Positions 42,529-53,466 are shown, numbered from the stretch's first letter. The stretch is DNA of 64,000 nt from an uncultured Clostridia bacterium (GCA_947626025.1 CANQQQ010000001.1:57020-121019); one strand, 5' to 3'. Notes: a model not told the origin generated them from the sequence alone. Made by a program: numbers and translations.

Positions 42529-43533
42529 ATGGAAGACAAACAAAATAAAAATGAATTTATAGATAAAATGTTAGAAAAATCACAAGAAGCTTTTTTATTG
42601 GCAATAGAAATATATAATAAACCAACTATAAAATATAGACTAGAAGGGTTTGCATTCTTCATTTGTAATGCTTGGGAGCTTTTACTAAAATCATATATAT
42701 TAAATAATAATGATATGGATAGTTTATACTTCAAAAATAAACCTGACAGAACTATTGGACTTTCAGATTGTATAAAAAAAGTATTCACAAATGAAAAAGA
42801 TCCAACTAGAAAAAATCTAGAAATAATTGCTGACTTAAGGAATACATCAACACATTTTATTATAAAAGAAATGGAGAATTTATATTTACCATTTTTACAA
42901 GCAAATACATTAAATTATTCTCAAAAATTGTTTGACTTTTTTGGATTAGACATAACCAAAAATATAGATACTTCATTTTTATCATTAGTAACAAATAATG
43001 CTAGTTTGAATGATAATGAAATATTAAGTACATATGGAGACCAAATATTTAATAATTATAAAAAATTAAGACAGGAAACAACCAGTTTATTAGAAAATGA
43101 AAATAATAATAAACTAGCAATAAATATTAATTTAAACTTAAGGGTGGTAAAAAATGCCAAAGATGCACAACTTACATTTGCAGTTGCAAATAATGCAGAA
43201 GATGCTGTATATATAGTTGACAAAATAAAAGATATAAATACTACATTTCCATATTCTCAAAAAAATGCTAGAGAAATAATAATGAAAAATTTAAAAAGAA
43301 AAGACATTGAAATAGATTTACATCAAGCGAATTTTAAATTAATATGTAATAAATATAATTTAAAGCAAAATGAAACTTATTTCTATCATCATAATTTAAC
43401 AAATAGATATATGTGTTCACAAAATCTAATAAACTTTGTAACAGATTTATTAACACAAAATTCTAATCTAATAGAGGAAATAAAGCTAGAAAACAAAAAA
43501 ATAGAGTTAACCCCAGGGGCAAAGGATTCTTGA
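42529..43533 (+). CDS. hypothetical protein with HEPN-type R-x4-H motif (candidate abortive-infection/toxin RNase)
   Basis: 334 aa from the ATG at 42529 with an AAAGGAGA RBS; the track ORF starts further upstream. An N-terminal helical region about 100 residues long ends in LRNTSTHF, a canonical HEPN R-N-x-x-x-H catalytic signature. No other domain recognised. Confidence 0.4.
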   Translation: MEDKQNKNEFIDKMLEKSQEAFLLAIEIYNKPTIKYRLEGFAFFICNAWELLLKSYILNNNDMDSLYFKNKPDRTIGLSDCIKKVFTNEKDPTRKNLEIIADLRNTSTHFIIKEMENLYLPFLQANTLNYSQKLFDFFGLDITKNIDTSFLSLVTNNASLNDNEILSTYGDQIFNNYKKLRQETTSLLENENNNKLAININLNLRVVKNAKDAQLTFAVANNAEDAVYIVDKIKDINTTFPYSQKNAREIIMKNLKRKDIEIDLHQANFKLICNKYNLKQNETYFYHHNLTNRYMCSQNLINFVTDLLTQNSNLIEEIKLENKKIELTPGAKDS

Positions 43534-43890
43534 TATACAAATGTATATCTACTCCCATTCGGGAACCCAGCCTTTTTCCTTCACAAGTTAACTCTTATTA
43601 AATATATTATACAATTTTTATTGAAATATTGCAAGAAATTTCTGGAAATTGTAAAAAACTTTTAATTGTTTTGTAATATCTTTGTAACAATTTGTATTCT
43701 AATTTTATTACTCTATAAAAAAAATTGCTTTATTATTAATTTAATATGTAAAAATATTTATTAAAAAAAGGACTTTAGTAGACAAAGGGACATAAGCTTT
43801 TGTCTCAGGTTTTTGCTCTCCTAATTTTATTATCTGCTGTTAGCTAAAAACAACTTACAAAACTTTTTTTAGTTCGTAAGTTGTCTTAAA

Positions 43891-43920
43891 TTGGAGCGAT
43901 TACGAAACGGGTATGCGAAA
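43891..43920. repeat. degenerate copy of the tRNA-Gly 3' end (possible att-site remnant)
   Basis: TTGGAGCG...GGGTATGCGAAAA here versus TTGGAGCGGGTAGCGAGAA at the tRNA 3' end (50195-50213): an 8/8 match, a 10-nt insertion, then about 11/13 matches. Confidence 0.3.
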
Positions 43921-44021
43921 AATATGTGTGTAATGTAATTGCTCTTTTTATATAATTCGATTTATTGTTTTTACTTTAACATAAGATTTACATTTTTTCA
44001 AGTAATTTAGTGAAAAATTTT

Positions 44022-44066
44022 TTAAATGCAAAAATGTTGCTTTTGCAACAGATTTTTGCATTTAAA
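44022..44066. promoter_or_regulatory. near-perfect inverted repeat upstream of the 124-aa gene (candidate operator)
   Basis: AAATGCAAAAATGTTGC-TTT-GCAACAGATTTTTGCATTT, with a GTTGC/GCAAC core like the palindromes near 47.7 kb. Confidence 0.35.
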
Positions 44067-44265
44067 TATGATATATATATAATAATAATATTTAAATTAT
44101 TGGAGGTTTTTAAAGGACTAAAAAACAAAAATATTTAATTTTAAATTATTATAAATGGAATATGTATAGCAGATAGCAAATTTTATTATATACATACAAA
44201 TACAAAATTTAATTTATTAGGAGGAATCGATTAGGAATAATTATAATAATAAACAAAGTAAGAAA

Positions 44266-44640
44266 TTGCAATATATAGGCAAATTGAATAAAAAGGTTAT
44301 TGGCGAATATGGAGATAAATTGACTACATATGATGTGGTGTTAACAGATGAAAGAAAGTTACACATATTAAATAAACACAAAAATGATTATGAGATTATA
44401 CTTAATAATATAAATAATACTGTTTTAAATCCACAGGAAGTGATAGAAGATTATAAAAATGTAGATACACTGTTCTTTTTAAGCAATTTAGAAAATAATA
44501 ATTTAAATGTTGTTGTAAAATTGAATACACTTAATGATAACAAACATCCTCAAAATTCAGTAATGACTGCTTGGATAATTAGAAATAGCAATCTGATAAA
44601 ATTACGAGGAAAAAACAAAACTATTTACAAAAAAGAATAA
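44266..44640 (+). CDS. hypothetical protein (124 aa)
   Basis: TTG start in the ORF track with no SD; the frame is open from 44221, and GGAGG at 44220-44224 could serve an ATT start at 44230. N/K-rich; no motif recognised. Confidence 0.3.
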   Translation: MQYIGKLNKKVIGEYGDKLTTYDVVLTDERKLHILNKHKNDYEIILNNINNTVLNPQEVIEDYKNVDTLFFLSNLENNNLNVVVKLNTLNDNKHPQNSVMTAWIIRNSNLIKLRGKNKTIYKKE

Positions 44641-45019
44641 AAATGTTATAATTAAAGTACAATATAAGTAGTTATTTGAAGTAGAGATTGTGCTGCTACA
44701 CACCTAATATTAGGTCAAAAGAAATGTTGGATAGGGCACACCAACCAAATAACAAACGCATAGAAGTCGTGGAAACACGACTTCTTAATTATATATAAAT
44801 TCTGCATAAAATTGAAATAATTACTAAAAAAGATTCCAAAATAAGCATATTATAATTATTCTTTTATTTTAAGATTTGATAATAAATATTTGATAGTTAT
44901 AGAATAATTAAGAAATTTGCTTTTTTATGTAAAATACTGTATAATTTAAATATGAGCGTAGTAACTCATATTTGTAACTAATGGCACTAAAAATTAAACA
45001 ATTATAAGGAGGACTTACT

Positions 45020-45361
45020 ATGAAAGTAGAAGATTTATTTGTGCCTACGGACAAATGCCCATTAGATTTCTTAGCTGAAATGGGAGAACGGATTAAGGGT
45101 GCGTGGATCCTTTTTGATGACACTGTTGTCACTAATTTGAAACAAAGTGATGGTGTAATTATCAAAAATCACGGATTTGGCGGAAAGGAGCTTATTTGGG
45201 AAGCAACAGAGGACTATCCTGAAACAATGATTATATATGATAGTTTCTATGGCACAGGATGGTATGTCCTTTATGAAGTAGAAGCCGATGATATCGCTTA
45301 TACATCTGTTAGCTCCGTTCGAGAACCCAACACAATTATCCGTTTGAAAATGGCACCATAA
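45020..45361 (+). CDS. hypothetical protein (113 aa), GC-atypical
   Basis: Strong RBS TAAGGAGGAC 6 nt upstream of the ATG; about 39% GC against about 25% background; followed by a strong terminator. Confidence 0.45.
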   Translation: MKVEDLFVPTDKCPLDFLAEMGERIKGAWILFDDTVVTNLKQSDGVIIKNHGFGGKELIWEATEDYPETMIIYDSFYGTGWYVLYEVEADDIAYTSVSSVREPNTIIRLKMAP

Positions 45362-45378
45362 AAAATTTGTCTGAATAG

Positions 45379-45416
45379 AGTGGAGTAAGATACAATTACA
45401 TCTTACTCCACTTTTA
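45379..45416 (+). terminator. rho-independent terminator
   Basis: AGTGGAGTAAGAT-N7-ATCTTACTCCACT followed by TTTTAACC. Confidence 0.7.
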
Positions 45417-45553
45417 ACCTTTATTTAGACATTATACAAATTCAAATTTCAAAAAGCACAGTGATATTGAAAATTTAACGATAATATAGTATAATATTAT
45501 TGAGAGCAATATGCTTTAAGAGTTTTATAAAAAATTTTTTTCGGAGGTGTACC

Positions 45554-45727
45554 TATGAAAAAATGGACACAATGGTTTGACTCACCATCTGAACGGAGAG
45601 CTTATATAAAAGCTCAACGTAAAAAAGCAAAAACAGAAGGAAAGAAACTCTGTGTTCTGAAACGTTCTTATTGCATACAGCGTTGTTCTAAAAAGGTGAT
45701 GTACTTCGCTGATCTTGCTATAAGATG
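45554..45727 (+). CDS. small basic protein (57 aa)
   Basis: GGAGG RBS 8 nt upstream of the ATG; K/R-rich (MKKWTQWFDSPSERRAYIKAQRKKAKTEGKK...); followed by a 12-bp-stem terminator. Below the 60-aa cutoff of the ORF track. Confidence 0.35.
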
Positions 45728-45736
45728 AAATTTCAT

Positions 45737-45780
45737 AACAAAGTGGCTTATCTATAATGGATTAGCCACTTTGTTATTTT
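45737..45780. terminator. bidirectional terminator between the convergent 57-aa and 96-aa genes
   Basis: AACAAAGTGGCT-N15-AGCCACTTTGTT then ATTTT. Confidence 0.6.
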
Positions 45781-45800
45781 AAGAAAAAATACATTATGCT

Positions 45801-46091
45801 TTAAATATTAAACAAATACAATGCCACTTGATTTTGTTCTTCTTTTGTCATTTCCATAATTTTAGCCATTGCAAACATTATAAGATGATATTTAGCAAAA
45901 TTTATTAAGGTAGTTCTATATTCCTCATCAACTTCTTTTAACATTTTATCAAATTTTGCATACATTTTAGGTTTATCATATTTTAGATTAGTATAACTAC
46001 TATTGCTCATACATATTGCTAATCTTAATTTATCTTTTATATTCATATCGTTTATCATATCTATCAAATATCTTACTTTTTCACTTTCCAT
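45801..46091 (-). CDS. hypothetical protein (96 aa) immediately downstream of the relaxase
   Basis: ORF with protein-like composition; 18-nt gap to the relaxase stop suggests co-transcription. Confidence 0.35.
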   Translation of the reverse strand: MESEKVRYLIDMINDMNIKDKLRLAICMSNSSYTNLKYDKPKMYAKFDKMLKEVDEEYRTTLINFAKYHLIMFAMAKIMEMTKEEQNQVALYLFNI

Positions 46092-46109
46092 ATTCCAATT
46101 ACCTCCATA

Positions 46110-47501
46110 TTAAAATCTTGTATCATTGTTTTTCTTTCTGTTATTTTCAATTTGTTTTTCATTTGGTATAGTTACTTTTCTATAAATATTGTTAGCAATT
46201 TCATTATCATTGTCATCAAATATACCATTTTTATAAAGGTCGTTACTTACGATTTTATAATTTTCATCTTTGTCATAACAAATTCTTTTGTGAAAATGGC
46301 TCATAATATTATGCCAAAAGCCTTTAAATTTCTGTAATTCTTGCTTTATTTTTTCCTTTTCAGTTTGTAACTTATTTATAATTTTATCTTTTGTAGATAG
46401 TTCACCTTTTAGATTATTTATTTCATCATCTTTCAACTCTAATTGATATTTAAGTGAACGATTTTCTTTTTCTATTTCAAATGTAGAATGTTCAAAATCT
46501 TTAATTGCCATATTTAAGTCATTTACACTTCTAACTGTTTCAGTTATATCTTTTACATCTTTTGTATATTTTTTTATTTTCTGTACATCCTCGTTTGAAA
46601 TAAGCATATTGTTTTTGTTTAGCTTAGCAGATTTTAAATTATCTAATATTTCATTTATATTTTTACTTGTATCATCAAGTTTTTTTGTTTGATTATTAGC
46701 CTCAAATAGTTTTTGTTCTTTCTTTTCTTGTTGTTTTTTTATTTGTCTATAATCTCCCATATCTTTAATATTTATATCTTGATTTCTTCCTTTTTTCTTC
46801 TGTTTTAATAAAGAATGTTCTGAATAAACTTTATTATATGATTTTATGCAACAAGCTCTCATTTCATCTTGTAATTTTGTTAGAGTTTCTTTTGTAAACA
46901 CTTTTGATTTAGCAGGTTGCTTTTTCATTCCTTTTTTGTAGTCATCTTTTATTGGTACACCAACTAAATGTAAATGTGGAGAGATTTCATCAAAATGTAT
47001 TACTGCATTAGCAATTTTAAACTCTGGTATTATTTTCATTAAATCTTCTATTTGTTCTTTATATACATCTACCATTCCTAATCTATAACTTGTATCTTTA
47101 TCATTCCAAAAATCCATATCTCCAAGTTCAATTATAAACTCACAAGCTAAATCTTTTTGTTTATCTTTTGATATATGCTTAAAATAATCTTGTATTTTCC
47201 TATTATCACGGCTTTGCTTTGCATTATATTCGATTCTTGCTTGTTCAAATTCTTGTAAATACAAGTTTTGAACATCTTTATATAAATTATCTGTTCCATA
47301 AATAATACAAATATTTTCTCTATCATTATCATAATCTCTTAAATTGTGTTTATTTACTTTTGAAAGTTGAGTTGAATTTTGTATTCCATTATTTGAAAAT
47401 GATGTTGTTTCTGATGGATTATTCTTTGCAATCTCTTTTGCTTTTGTTGTTTTATTTTTATCACTACCTAAGTGAATAGAATATGCTAATTCTTCGCTCA
47501 T
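46110..47501 (-). CDS. MobV-family (Mob_Pre) conjugative mobilization relaxase
   Basis: AVIHFDEISPHLHLVGVPI matches the MobV motif III HxDE...PHxH; K/E-rich coiled-coil C-terminus as in MobM. Start set at MSEELAYSIH (GGGAGG RBS); the track ORF is 11 codons longer. Confidence 0.8.
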   Translation of the reverse strand: MSEELAYSIHLGSDKNKTTKAKEIAKNNPSETTSFSNNGIQNSTQLSKVNKHNLRDYDNDRENICIIYGTDNLYKDVQNLYLQEFEQARIEYNAKQSRDNRKIQDYFKHISKDKQKDLACEFIIELGDMDFWNDKDTSYRLGMVDVYKEQIEDLMKIIPEFKIANAVIHFDEISPHLHLVGVPIKDDYKKGMKKQPAKSKVFTKETLTKLQDEMRACCIKSYNKVYSEHSLLKQKKKGRNQDINIKDMGDYRQIKKQQEKKEQKLFEANNQTKKLDDTSKNINEILDNLKSAKLNKNNMLISNEDVQKIKKYTKDVKDITETVRSVNDLNMAIKDFEHSTFEIEKENRSLKYQLELKDDEINNLKGELSTKDKIINKLQTEKEKIKQELQKFKGFWHNIMSHFHKRICYDKDENYKIVSNDLYKNGIFDDNDNEIANNIYRKVTIPNEKQIENNRKKNNDTRF

Positions 47502-47753
47502 CTTTTTCCTCCCTTTGACATTGCTTCGAAGCATAGGAATTTGACCTTGGTCAATATTCCTAACCCCCTATGAGTTTTGACCTCTTATCAAAACTCGGGG
47601 GCTCTGCGAGGCAATAAATTTTTTCCCAAATGGGATAAAATTTATTCAAATTAACTCGGTACAAAATTTACATTTGCTTATTGCAAATACAAATTTGTCC
47701 TCGCTAATTTGTTGTTGCAACATAGGCAATATATGAAGTAATAGTTGCAACAA
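47502..47753 (-). promoter_or_regulatory. candidate oriT/promoter region upstream of the relaxase gene
   Basis: Several inverted repeats: GAGTTTT-N11-AAAACTC, GC-rich CTCGGGGGCTCTGCGAG, and two GTTGCAAC palindromes 32 bp apart. MobV oriTs characteristically lie just upstream of mob. Confidence 0.35.
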
Positions 47754-49618
<1,865 letters not shown>

Positions 49619-49736
49619 TTACTACCTCCAAAAAACAATAAAGTGCTAGAAAGCTTTTTTGCTAACTAACACTTTAAACTAACTTTATTATTTAATTGTT
49701 ATACTACTTGCTGAAAAATAAAGAAAACTTCTAGTA

Positions 49737-50009
49737 TTAGTTACCATTGATAAAATCTCTTAATTTTGAGAGTGGATATTTATTTGCTAAGTTACCTATG
49801 TAAAAATATTCGTGTTCATTAAAAAATAAATATAACTTATTTTTTATGAATACTTTATGTGGCTCTACATAAGCAATATTAGTTTTTTCTATCATTCTCA
49901 AATTACCATTCTTTATCTTTGGTACACAATTACTAAAAGTGCAAGCCCATTCAATTTTAGAATGTAATTCTTTATTTATTGTTATTTCTCTTTTTACTGT
50001 AGATATCAT
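49737..50009 (-). CDS. hypothetical protein (90 aa) between the tRNA and the recombinase
   Basis: Start set at MISTVKRE, which has AGGAGG 10 nt upstream; the track ORF begins 8 codons earlier without an RBS. Confidence 0.4.
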   Translation of the reverse strand: MISTVKREITINKELHSKIEWACTFSNCVPKIKNGNLRMIEKTNIAYVEPHKVFIKNKLYLFFNEHEYFYIGNLANKYPLSKLRDFINGN

Positions 50010-50194
50010 ATCACAAAAACCTCCTTTTTTCAATATTTTGAGGCTATTTTTTACATTCAGTATTGTAAAATACTGTAAAATGTAAAAAAATAAGCCGACT
50101 AAATCGACTTATATATTGTGAAATGATATTCACTTTTGTTTTCTTCAAACTTGCTTATATCAATAATTACAAGTAGTTCGACGAAAACGCATTT

Positions 50195-50268
<74 letters not shown>

Positions 50269-50337
50269 ATATTTACAACTATTATTATACATTATTCAAT
50301 AATATTTTGCAATGGTATCTTATTTCAAATACATTAA

Positions 50338-50392
50338 ATAGGAGAGTTGAGATATATACTTTTTATACTCAAAATTTCTCTCCTATTTATTA
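50338..50392 (-). terminator. long imperfect hairpin terminating the three-gene export cluster
   Basis: AATAGGAGAG ... CTCTCCTATT with a nested TTGAG/CTCAA pair, directly after the stop of the 357-aa gene. Confidence 0.5.
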
Positions 50393-50395
50393 TTT

Positions 50396-51469
50396 CTATC
50401 TTAATTTATCTGCTGTTACTGTATATATATAGACATAATTATCAAGAATTACATATAATTTGCTTTTCTTATCTTTATCAACTTCATAATGAATTATATT
50501 ACTGTTATTTTGTTCTGCTAAATCAATTAAATCTTCTAATAAATCCACATTCATAATGTTTAGCTTTTCTATATTGGGTTCATTGGTTATAGTAACAATT
50601 AAGTCCCTATAATATCTCATAATACGTTTTATATTGCTTTCATATAAATTTTTATGGTCTTCTTTATTTTTTCTTATTTTTATAATAGTAATTATTACAG
50701 CAGTTATTATAAATAATCCACCTAATATGCAACATATAATATAAATAATCTTAATATTGTTATTTTGCATAAAGATATCCTTAGTCGTATTTTTTTCATA
50801 GTTTTCTGTAACCTCTGTTACTGTATTTGTTATAGGAATGTCTAGTTCTATATAATCTTCAACTTTTTCTTTATTATCAATTCCTAATTTTAAATAATTA
50901 ATATTATAATTAATATTTAAGCGCAATTTTAAAACTGAATTAATCGTTATTCCATAAGTTTTCTCATAAGTACGTGCTAATTCATTATAATACTCATAGT
51001 CAACATTTATCTCTTCATCTACTAAGAACTCGTCTTTGTTGCTTTGATTATTATTTTTATTCTCAAGTAATATAAAGTTTCTATTCCATATTTGTTTTTC
51101 TTGATTATCGTTATCTATTACCGTACCAATTAGATTAGCAGTAACATTGTAATTATAATCAATATCTACCTTATTATTTCCTTTAAATCTATAGTTAAAA
51201 TTAATTATATAATCATTAATTGATTTAGAAGCATAATATCCGCCAGATGGAAGTATCTCGCTTTCATACAAGCTATTCGGTTTTAGTAGGACTTCATAAT
51301 TATCATTTCTCTCTATTGTATAACTATATATTGGTATTCCATTTTGTGAAAAATCCATACCAAATTTTATAAGCATCCCTCCAATTATAAACATTAGCAT
51401 TATTAAAATAATAATATAATCTATCTTTATATTGTGTTTAATTGTACCCCTATATCTGCTTCTACTCAT
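50396..51469 (-). CDS. bitopic/double-pass membrane protein with an N/Y-rich extracytoplasmic domain (accessory protein of the SipW-like cluster)
   Basis: 357 aa; TM at about 20-40 and about 235-260 with a beta-rich, N/Y-rich domain between; 13-nt gap to the upstream gene. Confidence 0.4.
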   Translation of the reverse strand: MSRSRYRGTIKHNIKIDYIIILIMLMFIIGGMLIKFGMDFSQNGIPIYSYTIERNDNYEVLLKPNSLYESEILPSGGYYASKSINDYIINFNYRFKGNNKVDIDYNYNVTANLIGTVIDNDNQEKQIWNRNFILLENKNNNQSNKDEFLVDEEINVDYEYYNELARTYEKTYGITINSVLKLRLNINYNINYLKLGIDNKEKVEDYIELDIPITNTVTEVTENYEKNTTKDIFMQNNNIKIIYIICCILGGLFIITAVIITIIKIRKNKEDHKNLYESNIKRIMRYYRDLIVTITNEPNIEKLNIMNVDLLEDLIDLAEQNNSNIIHYEVDKDKKSKLYVILDNYVYIYTVTADKLR

Positions 51470-51481
51470 ACTGTTACCTCC

Positions 51482-52660
51482 TCACTTTGTTTCAACTTTT
51501 GTCACACTATTATTAAAATAGTCATATAACCAGATTGACGGATACCCGATATATTTAATATGAAACACATATATTCCTTTAATCTGCTCTAATTGTACTA
51601 AATCCATATCTGGTCCATTATTATAATCTCCCTTTGTTTTATATAATACATTTCCATTTTCTTTTATTATTTTTATAACTCTATGTGCAATATTCTGTTC
51701 ACCTATACTATAAATAATAATAGCATTTAGCGGAATATTTTCTAATTCACTATTACTTAACTTCTTATAAATAACCACATCTCCTCTAGTAAATGCTGGG
51801 TACATGCTATTGGATAATATGGAAATTGGCTCATAATTGAATATTCCTAACATAAAGCATATCAATGTTATACATAGAATTATAGTAACTGTATAAACTA
51901 TTTTTGTATATAAATTTTCTTTCTTTTTCCTTAAATTTTTTTCTTGCCTAGTAAAGTTATATTTAAATAATATATACATTAATGTAGGTGATAATATATT
52001 TATTGTTCCAATTATAAACCAGTCTACATCAGGTAAAATTGGCAGTAACAGTATTGATAATCTGTTGAAAATTCTATATATTAATGGTAGTAAGTATGAA
52101 ACTTTTAATGTGAAATACGTATATAGTATATTACATGCTATTAAGGGTAGTATAGTTGAGCAAATATATTCAAATAAACTTTGTCTATTTGAATATATAC
52201 TTATTAATATATTATATTTAATTTCTACTACTATTAATATTATTGTTAAAAATACTATCAACTTTTTGTTATTTCGATTTCTGCTTATTATTACTATTCT
52301 TGTCAGTTCAATACCAACTATTGGTATTATTTCTATAATTATATTTTGTAAAATAGATATTATATCGTGGTTATATGGACTTTTTACAAATCCTCTAATA
52401 AAACCTATATTGAAAGTAATTATCATCTGTAAAATTAATATTATAATCATATATATATAATATTGCTTATTTTTAAAAAACCTTATATAACCTTTTTTTA
52501 TATCAAATGTTAGATAAGTTACAATTATAGCCCAAAATAGTGTATTTAATACGTTTATATAAAAAGAAACGTTTTGAATGCTAATTTTTATCGTTATAAA
52601 TACATATATGATTATAATTATCAATAACTCCTTGTCCTTCAAATGTCTCATAGTCCTCAC
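51482..52660 (-). CDS. signal peptidase I (SipW/Sec11-like, S26B) fused to an N-terminal polytopic membrane domain
   Basis: The C-terminal 130 aa contain ISILSNSMYPAFTRGD (Ser box), NIAHRVIK (His box; His where the classical bacterial type has Lys) and KGDYNNGPD (GDNN box). The N-terminal 260 aa or so hold about 8 TM helices. Confidence 0.55.
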   Translation of the reverse strand: MRTMRHLKDKELLIIIIIYVFITIKISIQNVSFYINVLNTLFWAIIVTYLTFDIKKGYIRFFKNKQYYIYMIIILILQMIITFNIGFIRGFVKSPYNHDIISILQNIIIEIIPIVGIELTRIVIISRNRNNKKLIVFLTIILIVVEIKYNILISIYSNRQSLFEYICSTILPLIACNILYTYFTLKVSYLLPLIYRIFNRLSILLLPILPDVDWFIIGTINILSPTLMYILFKYNFTRQEKNLRKKKENLYTKIVYTVTIILCITLICFMLGIFNYEPISILSNSMYPAFTRGDVVIYKKLSNSELENIPLNAIIIYSIGEQNIAHRVIKIIKENGNVLYKTKGDYNNGPDMDLVQLEQIKGIYVFHIKYIGYPSIWLYDYFNNSVTKVETK

Positions 52661-52733
52661 CTAGTTTTGATTTCATTATACCTTCGTTACTTTATAAATA
52701 ATAGATTTCACTCTCTATTATCATATCATTTAA

Positions 52734-53225
52734 TTATTTTTGTACATATTCTATAATTCCTGTTATTGTCTTTGTTTTAACTTCAGGCACTTCAGTACAA
52801 TTTTCATCATATTGCACTTTCAGCAAAAAGTATGTTTGTTCTCCAGCTGGTAATAAAGTATTTGGTTCAGAAGTTGTGTAATTAATTGCTGGTGACCCAT
52901 TTGCATCTGGTGTAAATTTAAAATTCTCTAGAGTTGCATCAAATGTTCCTGTATTTTCAATTATTATTAGATAGGTAATATAATCACCTGGTTTTACCAA
53001 CTTTGCATTAAGTGTCACAGTTGTGTTTGTAAATTGTGGTTCTCCTGGACTGCAATTTTCACTAGCATACTGAGCTGTTACGCTAGTTATCTTTATATTC
53101 CAGTTTCCCACGATTTCAGCTGTACCATTTAATGTTAACTGCGTAGCAAATGCTGAATATCCTACAGCCATTATTAATATTACTATTAATAATGTGCCAA
53201 TTATAATATTTTTATTGTTTTTCAT
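52734..53225 (-). CDS. small secreted protein with a SipW-cognate-type signal peptide (TasA/camelysin-like substrate candidate)
   Basis: 163 aa; N-terminus MKNNKNIIIGTLLIVILIMAVGYSAFATQLTL: basic, then hydrophobic, then G-x-S-A-F, resembling the TasA/CalY-class signal A-(F/Y)-F-S-D; beta-rich T/N-rich mature part. Confidence 0.4.
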   Translation of the reverse strand: MKNNKNIIIGTLLIVILIMAVGYSAFATQLTLNGTAEIVGNWNIKITSVTAQYASENCSPGEPQFTNTTVTLNAKLVKPGDYITYLIIIENTGTFDATLENFKFTPDANGSPAINYTTSEPNTLLPAGEQTYFLLKVQYDENCTEVPEVKTKTITGIIEYVQK

Positions 53226-53382
53226 AAATTCATAGCCCCTTACTGTATAAAATAATTTCTATACAATACCATTATATGCATTTATTTGCATTATGTGTGG
53301 ACAACAAATTATAGATTATAATTTTTAATATTTAGTTATTATTAGTCATAAAATTTATTGATAAATTTTTAAAGAATAACAT

Positions 53383-53410
53383 AAAAATAGAGCGGTTTTT
53401 GACCGCCCTT
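53383..53410 (-). terminator. rho-independent terminator of the aminopeptidase gene
   Basis: GGGCGGTCAAAAACCGCTC hairpin followed by TATTTTTAT on the minus strand. Confidence 0.65.
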
Positions 53411-53466
53411 TACTTTTTCCGATTTAAACTTACAAATGAAAATTAGAAAATCTCAAATTGATTCTT

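Noticed and set aside
47540-47600. CTCTTATCAA word resembling the start of a SAM-I riboswitch upstream of the relaxase
   Set aside because: No further SAM-I consensus (GGTGGAGGGA..., kink-turn, CCCGATGAAACC) follows. It is part of an inverted repeat in the candidate oriT.
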